From contig CM082580.2 of assembly GCA_040954595.2 (NCBI GenBank), positions 8,162,390-8,226,389 of the forward strand: a stretch of 64,000 nucleotides of DNA. Reading direction: 5' to 3'. The position numbers and the translations under genes were made by a program. Positions 1 through 10,900 of the stretch are shown here, piece after piece; the first letter of the stretch is position 1; each line of letters opens with the position of its first letter. Under the pieces are notes generated by a model. The model was not told the origin of the DNA. It worked only from the letters and a program-made list of their open reading frames with translations, and did not search any database. The DNA is from Balanoglossus misakiensis. Lineage: Eukaryota; Animalia; Hemichordata.

Positions 1-230
1 AATGCACTAGAATAAACTATACCTGCCCAATGTAAGTGTTTCACTTTAATTGAGGGTGGAGGTAGGGACAAAGGCAAACACAAATGATATAATCTTAATG
101 AGCAACTCAACGGTGGGTGAAGAATGTGTAAAAAACATGTTGATAGTAGTACAACTACACCAGCTCAATATCTACCGGTAGTGGTAAAAGCATGGGCGAT
201 TTTTGATAGTTAATGCAAGAACATATGTAC

Positions 231-3200
231 CTCTTACAAGGACTGTATTGGGATGAACGTGTGACCTCATCCACTCCCTGGATAGCTGTCCCGATGATGT
301 CTTCTCTAAACCAAACTTGGGCTGATATTCCAGCTTGGGAGATATGCTCAATAACTTCAACTGCAAAATGAAAATATGAAAGAGGATCAGGTTTTGAAAA
401 ATTCACCCGGAAACGACCAGACTTAATGCCTGCCCTGATACAAATTCAAATGAGAGGACATGGAAACAGCAAATGTGTAGCTCTTGATACTTGCCTTCTC
501 AGCCTCTTTGCAGTACCCTTGAACTTTGCCTCTGACCAGCAGTCTCAACTTCCCGAAACTCCACAAATCGTAGACGGCATTGTCGGTGGAATCAGCATCG
601 TCGTCCAGTCCCGCAGCTACTTCCTCAGGGTTCCCCATTTTCAACAATCTGGAATAGAGATCGTCTCTTCCCGGTTCTTGTTGGGTGTGGTGTCTGTCTG
701 TGCACTGCTGCTGTGGTGCAGGTGGGTCCCTCCGCTGGGCGACGCTTTTAGTTTCGTCCAGTTTTCCCTTCAGTTTGAGGATATCTTCCAGGGTCTTGCG
801 TGTCAAGACCTCTCTTGGCTGTCTGCACCCTGCCCCACTGTTGTCAGCTGCATTCGTAAGGCAGTGGCTCTTATCCGGGGTCTTTGCCTGTTTCGAAGGC
901 AAGGGAGTTGTGGACGACTTGTTCCCCTTTCTGTCCGTCTTTCCGGTGGAAACTACTGACGGCAAGTCATCAAAAGAGAAATTCTGTTCAACTTTCCTTC
1001 CAACCACCAAACCTGCTGCTTCGGGCTTTCCCGCTGTCGACACCTCAGTCTTCGTTTGACAGACGCGAATGTCATCATGACCTTCAACTTTGACAAAGTC
1101 ACTCGGCCCTTCAGACTTGCGTCTCTTACTCTGCCTAGTGGGAGTTGTCGTTGCACCAGTGCAGTCTTTTGTATTCTTCTGCAATGAACCACTCTCTTTC
1201 ATATTTTGTTTGATGGTCGCTGTTCTCTTTGGCGCTCTTCTTTTGGGAGGGGGCGCCACATCGCTTTCGCTTTTGTGAGCACGTAATCTCGCCGATCTCC
1301 TCACAGGAGTCGTTTTCAAACCCTTCACCTCCTCTACATCAGTAAGTTCCAAATTTTCTGACTGAACACATACTTTTTCTGACATACTGTCCGAACTGTC
1401 TGAAACTTTCAACTCTATCACTGCATCGACAGTTTCACTTTGACCACCACTATTTCGCTTTGCTGGTTCCACTTCGAAGTTTTTCTTAGCACTTCTGTCC
1501 ACCGAGTCATCTTCTGTTTGACTCTCTGCCGACTTGACGTTGTCCGTATCGATGAACAGTTCCATCTCCGATTCCGCAAGATTTTCCTGAGAGCTCGAGT
1601 CGGAGAAGAGGAGGTGGCATTGCTTGGTGAAATCAGCGTTCAGGTCCTTGCCTTCTTTCGTTGCACTGTCGGTTGTTTCAGCTACATCTGCTCCCGTCCA
1701 ATTCTTGATTTGCAGACTCGAGTGTCCATGTTCCACTGACTCTGAGTGGCTTTCTTTATTGGGGGCAGCTTTATCCTCTGGCGATTCTGCTGATCTGCGA
1801 TAGCTTTCACAAATCTCACTCTTCCTGGTCTTATGTAACTCTGCCTTAACATCAGCTGAGCTATCGGTATGTTGCCCGGGAACGTTCTGATCGCGAACTG
1901 AAATGCGTAAACTCTGACGACCCTCAATGTTAAGGTCTTGTGCACCTGGTACATCACCTGATGCACTGGAAGTCAACTTTTGACCACCAGAACCACTACT
2001 GCCCTCAGCGCAGTGACTGCGTCCCACGTTGGAAAACTCCTTATACCCTGCCTGTTGGAGGAATATCTTGGAGAGATTTTGCAGGGTCTCTACTGTGCGA
2101 GTTTTCTTCGTTTTAAAAAGTCGTGGGAAGGACAGCTCATGGAAGAGCATGCTCTTCTGTTTGTTGGTCAGGTGATGTTTACTCAGCAGTGGTTTGTCAA
2201 TGAAGATGGTTTTCACAACTCTTTCTGTGCCGTCATCTGAGAGCATAACAATATGAATCCATTTGGTCCTGGTTAAAAGTATATATGCTTGGTGACCCAC
2301 CCTAACAAATCACAGAAAACTACCTTACCCATTTGACAATCTCAACCCCCTCCCCCTTTCCAGCAATCATAGAACACTCCCTTACCTTGGTGCACTTTCT
2401 GTTCAGTGACTTTAATTGGTATCTGCCAGTGGTGTTCGTAGTGTGGCGGGTGATTATCTATGAGCGCCTCCAATCCAGTCACTGAAATCACAATGTCCAC
2501 TTCATACTTCTCGGCCAGATTCACGGCGATGTCATCTCTACTCACAGGCTGCAGTGGAAGGAACACAGTGGGGTGAACACGTGTGGATATATTGGAGGGG
2601 GGGTAATTTTAGTGACTGATTGTCTTTACTAGAAGGTATCAGATCAATAATCTTGACACTCCAGTTTCATTTTTACCAAGTGACATTTACAGATTCTTGC
2701 TTAGACTTCCTGAGTGAAAGTCGGTGACATGCGTGCTAGCTGCTAGTAGTTTAAGTGAGGAGTTCGTAAGACAGATACCTGACTTGAAGACAATCCTGAC
2801 TGCTCTCTGCAACGCACTACATCAGTTGGGGGGCAATCTGACATCATCTTATCGTAGAGTTTGGACACAAAGCTCTTACGGTTCTCGTAATATGGTATCT
2901 GCAGAAACGGTACCTGGCCCTGCAATAATGGAGAGAGAGAAAAAAAAAACATGATGATTAAAAAGACAAAGTTGCCATCTTAACAGTTTGTGCATTACAA
3001 TTCCAGGACCTTCCAAGACTATTGTCAGCACACATGTCTTAATCAAAATTCCAGACTTTGTACTCCTGTACACTGAAGTGAAGCATGAAAGACTTGCATG
3101 GACGTGGAGTGTCTTCGCGTGCTTCATCATCGCATCGGTCGAGTAGGACATCCCGACGTTGATGCCCAGCGTCTGGTGGAGCGTGTAGTCTTGTGGGTAC

Positions 3201-4699
3201 TCAGACACCAGCACTTCGTATCGTGATAACAGTTGCTGTGGAGAAGAATAGAAAACCTAGGTTGTTATATGCCAGATTTTTCAATTCTCGCAAAATCTCG
3301 CACTAGGGTCACATGAGCACGACTCAGGCCAGGATACATACCGGTACATGGCCAAAACCTGTGACCTTCGTTCAAAGCCACTGTGTTTATCTGTAAATCG
3401 GATGTGGCTTAGAAATAGAACAATGTTAATTTTGACAACACAAAATGAAGTGGCTGTACCTCAATATAGCTGTTGACTTCTGCAGATAGATACTGGTAAT
3501 CCCCGGGAGAGTTTTTGGCGACGTACGCCAAAAACTTGTTGTATTCATCTTGCTCCTGCAGTACTTTCTGCCTCAAATCCTGTTGGGAAGACGATTGAAA
3601 ATAAGAGATGGGGAAACACCAGAAGGAAACTGATGTGGTTTCATTTGGATTTTATAATATTTCACTTTCTCACTTGCCATGTAAAACTGGACTTCGCCTG
3701 GGTGGTGATAGGTTTGGTACATCTGCTGTGTGAAGTACCTGAACTTCTCTGATAGCATCAGATATTGCTGGTGGTCAGTTCTCGAGAGACAGGAGAATCT
3801 TGGAAAGGGAAATTGCTGCTTGGGACTCTTCAGGGCCAGTTGCACCTGGTATGGTTTGAGTTGCATCAGTGGTTTGGGTTTCCTGAGATGGGGGAAAAGA
3901 TGTGTTGGATTAACTCTTTGAGTAGTGAAAGTTAAATTTCTGCACAGGAGTGCCCCATTGGTCACCTCAACCAAAGACTTTGATCTACAAACTGCTCTGC
4001 AGAATTGCACTGAGCACAAACGCATTCATTTTGTCGGTAAAATTCTGACCAGTATATCATGTTTATTTTTTTAAACTTACCCTCTGGGACCCTCCTTCGG
4101 GGCTGAGACATTTTTGCAGAACTTCTGTAAGAGTTCATCATAGCTTGGACTGGTGGAATACAGTCTGTACGATTCTTCATTCAGAAAACTTGTACTCTCG
4201 TCCACATAGTCACTACCATCCCTTTAATAATGATTTCAAAAGAGCAATAGTCAGATTGATTTTATAAATATCTGGTCTTTCTTCTGGTTGGCTAGTAAAG
4301 TTGCTTAAAGTTCTGCAAAAAAACAAACATCTAGGAAAATCCATCTTGTCATCGTGGAGGGCGCTCTTACAGGTGTGCACGACGGTTTTTTCCCCAGTCT
4401 ACGTTACGTGAAAGCCTGCTTCTTTCGCCAGTTTATTCATAGACCCTGGAGTTTCTCGCTCCAGAGTTAATTGTTTTATTGCAGTACATGTTCTGCTTCA
4501 CCGATAACCTAGCTGGCATGACAAGCATGTTGGGATCCGCGGGTCCCCAAACTTGGCACTACATATGAAAGGGGGCGGGGCATTTTCTTAGTATCCTGTG
4601 ATATTGTAATGTTTGTCCCAACATTTTAGCTATGGCAATATCAAACAATGCCGAACCATTCGACAAACTGAGCACTTACCAATTTACCGCACCATCCAT
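231..4699 (-). CDS. ICE2: Little elongation complex subunit 2 (ICE2/NARG2); partial, 3' end extends beyond the window start
   Basis: Exons (minus): 4699-4680, 4221-4081, 3996-3678, 3579-3460, 3235-3098, 2919-2779, 2548-2386, 2236-495, 360-231, with consistent phases. Motifs recalled from ICE2: PKQQFPFPRFS, LIDNHPPHYEHHWQIPI, VVKTIFIDKPL, and NARG2_C-like YDLWSFGKLRLLVR and PKLEYQPKFGLE. Confidence 0.85.
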
Positions 4700-4969
4700 C
4701 GCGACTACCACTGTTGGACGACTTTAGCTTCGGCGCTGTGCATGCTTCGGGAAAGTGTACACATGCATCACATGGGTCAAAGGTCAAGATAATCCAGCCT
4801 GAATAACGCTCATGTGACCCTAGTGCGAGATTTTGCGGGAATTGAAAAAGCCGCCATTACGTTGCGCGAGGCGACACGTTGTGCTGTGGGGTCCTGCTGT
4901 CTCTAAAATTTCACTAAATCTACAGCCTAGCGTTATAATCTTGCAACAAGACAACGGATCTACATTAAG
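4700..4969. promoter_or_regulatory. Bidirectional promoter region between ICE2 and tra2
   Basis: Divergent start codons 270 bp apart (4699 minus, 4970 plus); CpG-richer sequence; YY1-like GCCGCCAT at about 4850. Confidence 0.7.
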
Positions 4970-7919
4970 ATGAGCGACACAGAAGAAAAATATGACAGAA
5001 GGGTGAGTATTGTAGCACATTTTACCAGTTTTTCCCCCCAGTAATGCTGCACACCCCACGCCGCGCTTCCCTGATCGACGTTTGTTCCACGACGTTCAGG
5101 AAATTTCTGTCTGACGCCTTTGTTTGTTTCAACTGATGATGCGCTTTTGAAATCTACTCTCGTTGTGTTCGAAAGCTATTTCGGGGAGTTTGCTTGCTCC
5201 AAGAACTTCGCATTTTAGTAGTGTTTAGATTAAAATGAGATATTTTCCTTTGAAATGCAGGAGCCTGAAGAACGCCGAAAATCTCGTACGCCATCGCGTT
5301 CCCGCTCACGCACGCCGAGATCTAGGTCAGCGTCCCGTTCACGAAGCAGGTCTCCTCGCTCCCGCTCCCGATCAAGGTCGTACTCACGCTCCCCATCGAG
5401 GTCCAGGTCCCGTTCACGTTCCCTTCATCGGAGGAGGAGATATTCAAAGTCTCGATCCAGGTCACGATCACCAAGACACAGGCGAAGTAGCCGTCGCAGG
5501 TATGTATATTATGAATAATGAAATAGACCTCACCAGGAAGGTCATTTAGCAAATATTTCTTACTAATCTAGAATTCAAGTGGTTGCTACTTGTCACTTGA
5601 AAACTGTGACTTCGGGTTTAAAAACAATCAAAAACTGAAATTGAACAAGATGATGGCAGAATCGCCGGTCAGATCTGCGTAGTTCATGTATGTGGACCCT
5701 AAAGAAGCCATTATGCAAATTTTACAAGCCTTTTGGAGCTTTTTTGTTCTGGCCATCCTCAAATTATCTTTGACGGCAATTGCTAATGTTCCTTTTGTTT
5801 TATTTTTCCCCTCCATATACCTTATGATGTAAATTAATCAGTAGTTCAAGGAGGTAAGAAACTGTTATTTGCATTTTTTCAATGAATATTGAGAAATGTA
5901 ATGTAGCAGTAGAGCTAGATGAATGCACAAGTGACATGCAAATCTTGTGTTAACTTGTTACGAGTTGACACCTTGGAATTGCATGCTACTTCAAATAGAT
6001 ATTGCCTGATCAGGCACGTCTAGGGTTGGTGTCTTTGGTATTTTCCTTTTCGTTTGTCTTCTAACTGGGAAAGTAGTTACCAGGCATCTAACCCCAAGCG
6101 TTATTATCTAACCAGGTATATGTCCCCTAGGAGCAGAGAATTCCGAAGCCACAGCAGATCGCCTATGTCCAACAGAAGACGTCACCTTGGAAGTAGGGTG
6201 AGTATTTTCATAGTTCATATATGCTGCACTAACTTGTTTTGGGCCCTGTGGATTGATAAGGCATGATCTGAATACATTTTCCAAAGGTTGCTTTCTTGAT
6301 TGTAACATGATTTCTAAATGTCGTAATAGCCATGAATGTTACCTGTCCATCAGCAGGCTGGTTGACCTACAAAGGGAATAAAGTGCTGATATCTATCATT
6401 TCAGAGTACTGTGTGTACTCTGTTCTTTATCTCAAAAATTGTGGCCTAATTTTGTTTGTAGGAAAATCCAACGGTAAACAGGTGCGTCGGAGTGTTTGGG
6501 TTAAGCCTTTATACAACTGAGAGAGATCTGAGAGAAGTGTTCTCCCGATATGGGCCAATAGAAAGTGCTTCGGTGGTGTACGATCAACAGGTAAACATCA
6601 CTAAGTTTATTTTTTCCCTTCCATTATTTCTTACCGTGTAGGCTGATCCAGAACCCAATGATTGTCTTGGAATATTTGGGCTGAGCCTTTCAACTACTGA
6701 GCGAGATCTACGAGATGCATTTACAAGATACGGACCCATAAAAAGTTGTTCTGTGGTCTATGATCATCAGGTAAACACAAAACCTCTGTAAAAGACCCTT
6801 CAGTGATAATGATTTAGTGCTGAGGGTTTTTTTTTTCATTTTCAAATTGTCCCTTCAGTGATAGTGATTCAGTGCTGAGGGAATTTTTTTTTTCATATTC
6901 AAATTGTACATGTCCAAATAAAATTTGCTAATCATTCTTTTTATTTTCTTCCTCTGAAAAATAGACTGGGAGATCTCGTGGTTTTGCGTTTTGCACATTT
7001 GAAAACCCGGACGATGCTAATGAGGTATGTTCAAATATAATGATGCTGCATTTCTTGATGGCTTTTCTCTAAACATGGTTTTTCTGACATGCGCATCAAT
7101 AATTCCATGATCCACTGTACTGATTTTTTTTTGCTATCATTTGTTTAATAGGCCAAGGAACGTACAAATGGAATGGAAATTGACGGCAGGAGAATTAGGG
7201 TGGATTTCTCTATCACAAAAAGGGCACATACACCAACACCAGGAATCTACATGGGTCGACCAACATAGTAAGTTTTATCAGAATGTATTTGTCTATTTTT
7301 TGCCCGCTGCTATTCACAACCACCTGGAATGATGATAAAGAAATCAAAAATTGTAACATGAATTCTAGAAGCTGCATTGCGCTGTGCTTTCCTATCATGA
7401 TCCTGTGTACTAAAACTTGTCTTTTCTTTCCACAGTCCAAAGCGTGGAGGCTATGACAGAGATAGAGATTTCTACAATGACAGAGACCGCGGTGGTGGTG
7501 GTGGTGGTGGTGGCGGCGGCCGTGATAGATACTCCCGCCGATCACCATCCCCATACTACAACAAACGTTCCTCACCATATTACAGGCGATCTCCATCTCC
7601 TTACTACAGAAGACGCTACTCCCGCTCGCGGTCCAGATCTTATTCTAGATCACCCAGTAAGTAATGGTAAAACTTTAAGCTGTGTCTGACGCCCAAGGGA
7701 TTTGTTGCTGTGAGATTACGAGTGAAAGGTTGTAATTTGAAAGTTGCATATTATAAAGAGCACCATCATTTGACTGAACTTCTGCAAGGATGAATATGCT
7801 TATTGGTCTTTCCAGATCTGAAGATACTGTTGTTGTTTTCTTTCCTGTCAAGGTTGGCGTAACCTCCACAATTCTCATTTCCCCTTCTGCTTTTCCTTCC
7901 TGTTCTAGGACGATACTAA
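4970..7919 (+). CDS. TRA2: Transformer-2 homolog (RS-RRM-RS splicing factor), ~296 aa
   Basis: Exons 4970-5002, 5261-5499, 6116-6197, [6462-6590 or 6642-6770], 6965-7024, 7152-7267, 7436-7656, 7909-7919. Signature sequences [62 protein letters not shown], a poly-Gly run and the SPRRY* terminus. Confidence 0.96.
6462..6590 (+). CDS. TRA2: tra2 RRM exon 4a (first of a mutually exclusive pair)
   Basis: AG...GT bounded, 129 nt, phase 0/0, encodes [43 protein letters not shown]. Confidence 0.9.
6642..6770 (+). CDS. TRA2: tra2 RRM exon 4b (second of a mutually exclusive pair)
   Basis: AG...GT bounded, 129 nt, phase 0/0, encodes [43 protein letters not shown]; intact paralog of exon 4a. Confidence 0.88.
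6796..6907 (+). repeat. Two-copy ~55-bp intronic tandem repeat
   Basis: Units 6796-6850 and 6851-6907: CCCTTCAGTGAT..TGATT.AGTGCTGAGGG-T-run-CA..TTCAAATTGT. Confidence 0.85.
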
Positions 7920-10900
7920 ACTGGCCCAAAGTTCAGTGAATGCCGTTATAACCTGGTGACCAGTTCAAAAAGGACACTCTCACAGACATTTCTTAGCAAG
8001 TTCACATAGTTAGCGATGTAGATTTAGTTGCTTAGCTCAGTTGAAGCATGCATGTCCATAGGGTGTATTGTTCAAATTACATGGGCTTCTACTGCTGGAC
8101 ATTTTAAAAGAAAGTTGAGTTATAGTGTTTAAATACCCATAGTGGTTGTATGTATTTTTCCTTGCGAGTTATATTTTTTTTGTCATTTCCTTTGTATGAT
8201 GTGCCTTTACAAGTTTAAGCAGATATTCAGACTATGTTAGTTGAAAAGTATTTTATATATATAGCTGCCTATGATAATTACAGAAGTCAATTTGTCTGTG
8301 TTACATAACGAGTACCCAAAATTTAACTTTGCCTGTAAGAGTGTCATATTCTAAAACGTGTCAAATAAGTCATGCGACCGATGGTTGAATTTGTATTTGG
8401 ATCTTAACTAGTGTTTCTTGTTATACAGTCTGATAGGCAAATGAAGAAGTGCCTGGGTGTGTAAGAAATAGAAGAATAAGAAAATCAAGCGTGGTGTTGT
8501 AGGGACTGTGTAAAACCGAAAAATGAAGTTGTGTAGTACATTGTGAAGAGGGACATTTCACTCAACACTACTCAGGGTTGAAGTTTTGAAGAAAAGAGAA
8601 AAAAGAGGGAGTCGAAGAAAAAGATGGTTCTGTTTCGACCGAAGTGTTTCAGGAAGAGCGGTTAAAATCTCGCAAGTCACTCACCTTCCAGTGAAAATCA
8701 AAACAAAACTGAAGGTGGATGGTTTGAAGTTTTTGGGGAAAACTGGAAGATTGAAGAAGGAGAGAAATATATGAAGTAAATCGATTTCTTTGTCTTCTTT
8801 GTGAATGACAAGGTATATTTTTCCTGGAAGAAATCATTCGTCAGTTTCATCATAAAATTGTTGGATGCGGCAGAGACGAGAATAAAGGGGAGGGTAATGA
8901 AAAGAACTATTTTAAAGTGTATGGATGGAAGTTTGTTTCTCAACCCATAGTGGAAAATGATGTCAACAGACAATCTGATTATGTGGAATTGAGTGGTCTC
9001 GTCAAATGTGCTTACGAACACACAACTGATCACCTCCATTGCCTTTTCAGTCTGAATTGAAGCTTGAAGAAAGAATTATTTTTGAAGAACAAGAAAAGAA
9101 AAAGCAAGAGTGTGAAGATAGAAAATCTGAAGAGAAAAATTGTTGTGAAGAGAATGAAAATTTGGGTAAAAATAGTCCCGACCAATATATCCTCCTTGTT
9201 TGCGTTTATCTCTCTTCAAGCCTAGTTAGATTCACTCAGATTAATGCACGTTTAGACTTAAGGTTTTTTTACTCCATCTGAGCTGATCCTGTACTTGCAG
9301 GCTTGCTTATCTTTGAAGTTGATTTTCATGTGCACGTGATAATCTGTGATTTTAAAAAATTGGTATCAAGTCAACCCCTGCATAAATTCTCCAAATTCAT
9401 ACTTCGTGGTTTGTGCTATATAAATCAACTGCCAAAGATAGAGATGACGTGTTATGGTAAGTCGAGATTGCGAGGGGGGTTGGTAGCATTTGTTTGCCTT
9501 GCAGATGCCGTCTTGGTGTTTCGGTGTGAAGATGGCAGAGAACATGAAGACCTGGTATGGTTTCAAGTTTCGACGCAGAGAAGTTTGATTACTGAACACT
9601 TTTTTTGTCACAATGTCAACGTTACGAGAATAAAGCACATCTTAAACGTGATTTCTTTGTCTTCCGTGAGATTTCTTTCACTGTGTGTTGTGGTTTGGGA
9701 AGAGTTGGCAGCCAGCAGTGAGTGTTGTTTAAAAGCTAGCATGATGAAATAATTTGAGGAAGTGTCCACATTCTAACAAGCTTTTAATTAGATGCCAATG
9801 ATCTAGGCAGTCTACCATCTTCCTACAATTGGGACTTCTCTGACCATGAGTGGAACCAAAGACTCTGAATTGAACTGCCCAGCAAATCCTGGGTGGATGT
9901 ACTGCAGATGATCAAGATAAATACCAATACAGTTAAAAGCTGCTATGCTTGTAGTCTGATCGGAGGGAATATCAACTCTAATGGGTTTACTTTTCTGGAC
10001 TTGCGACATGGAAGGGTTTCTAAAACACTTTTCAATGAACAACTAGTGGAAGACTTCGGCAGAGCCAGCCACACCAGTGTTTATCCACATTGAACCAAGC
10101 AAATGGCCGTTGTAAAATCGTGTACATTTTATTCACTGGAATGTACGGAAATGAAATGATACAAAAAATACTGGCACATTTTTTTGACATTCCAATATAC
10201 AAGTTCACACAACCCCATCAAAACATAGAAACAAAAACAAAAGAATACACTTCTTTTTATGGAAGATGACTACAGTTGCACTCTGATTTCCCTGGAAGCA
10301 CACAAAACCATATTTTTGCCTGTAAACCCCAGAAAGAAGAGTTTTAGTATGAAAAAGACTGCTACAAAATGAAACCCAAAGAAATCTGTACTCTGCTCAT
10401 CTGATTCCTTGGGGCTATGTAAGGCCTCCGCTGATTGGACAATGTTTCGGCAGCTATATGCTACTACAACTGATTGGACAATTTGAATAACATACTGTGG
10501 TAGTCACATCTCAAACTAGTCAACACATGAAAACAAATTAGCACATCACGTTAATTTTTAGTTTACCAAACACTACACTGAAAAACTACAAGAAATAACA
10601 TTAAATTTGGACACTGGTCAGAATGGATGACACAAGAAATGCTGGGAAAGTTTTTTAATTGATTGAAATGATAGAGTGGTATGATTTAATTAATATTATT
10701 TACATTCTAAAATTTTTCTAAAAATGGCTATTGCATAGTTTTCTAGTTGAGGTCTAAATTCTGTTTTTTTACAAGCTATGCTCACACATACTCTGACATG
10801 ACAAACGAGACGAGAATTTCACTGGTTCAGAAAAAAATAAATATTTGTACATTATCAAAACCTGCTATGGATGGATGGATGATTTTTATTGGACGGCTGA

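Noticed and set aside
5572-5853. Possible 282-nt vertebrate-style tra2 poison exon
   Set aside because: The acceptor is weak with the branch motif too close to it and the block is not GAA-rich; the 5853 donor is better explained by the 12/9-nt microexon.
7030-7400. Box C-like TGATGA words in tra2 introns (possible C/D snoRNAs)
   Set aside because: No properly spaced D box with a terminal stem and no recognisable rRNA antisense element.
9039-9281. 80-aa Glu/Lys-rich ORF
   Set aside because: The composition follows from the GAA-rich sequence; treated as a candidate regulatory exon, not a protein.
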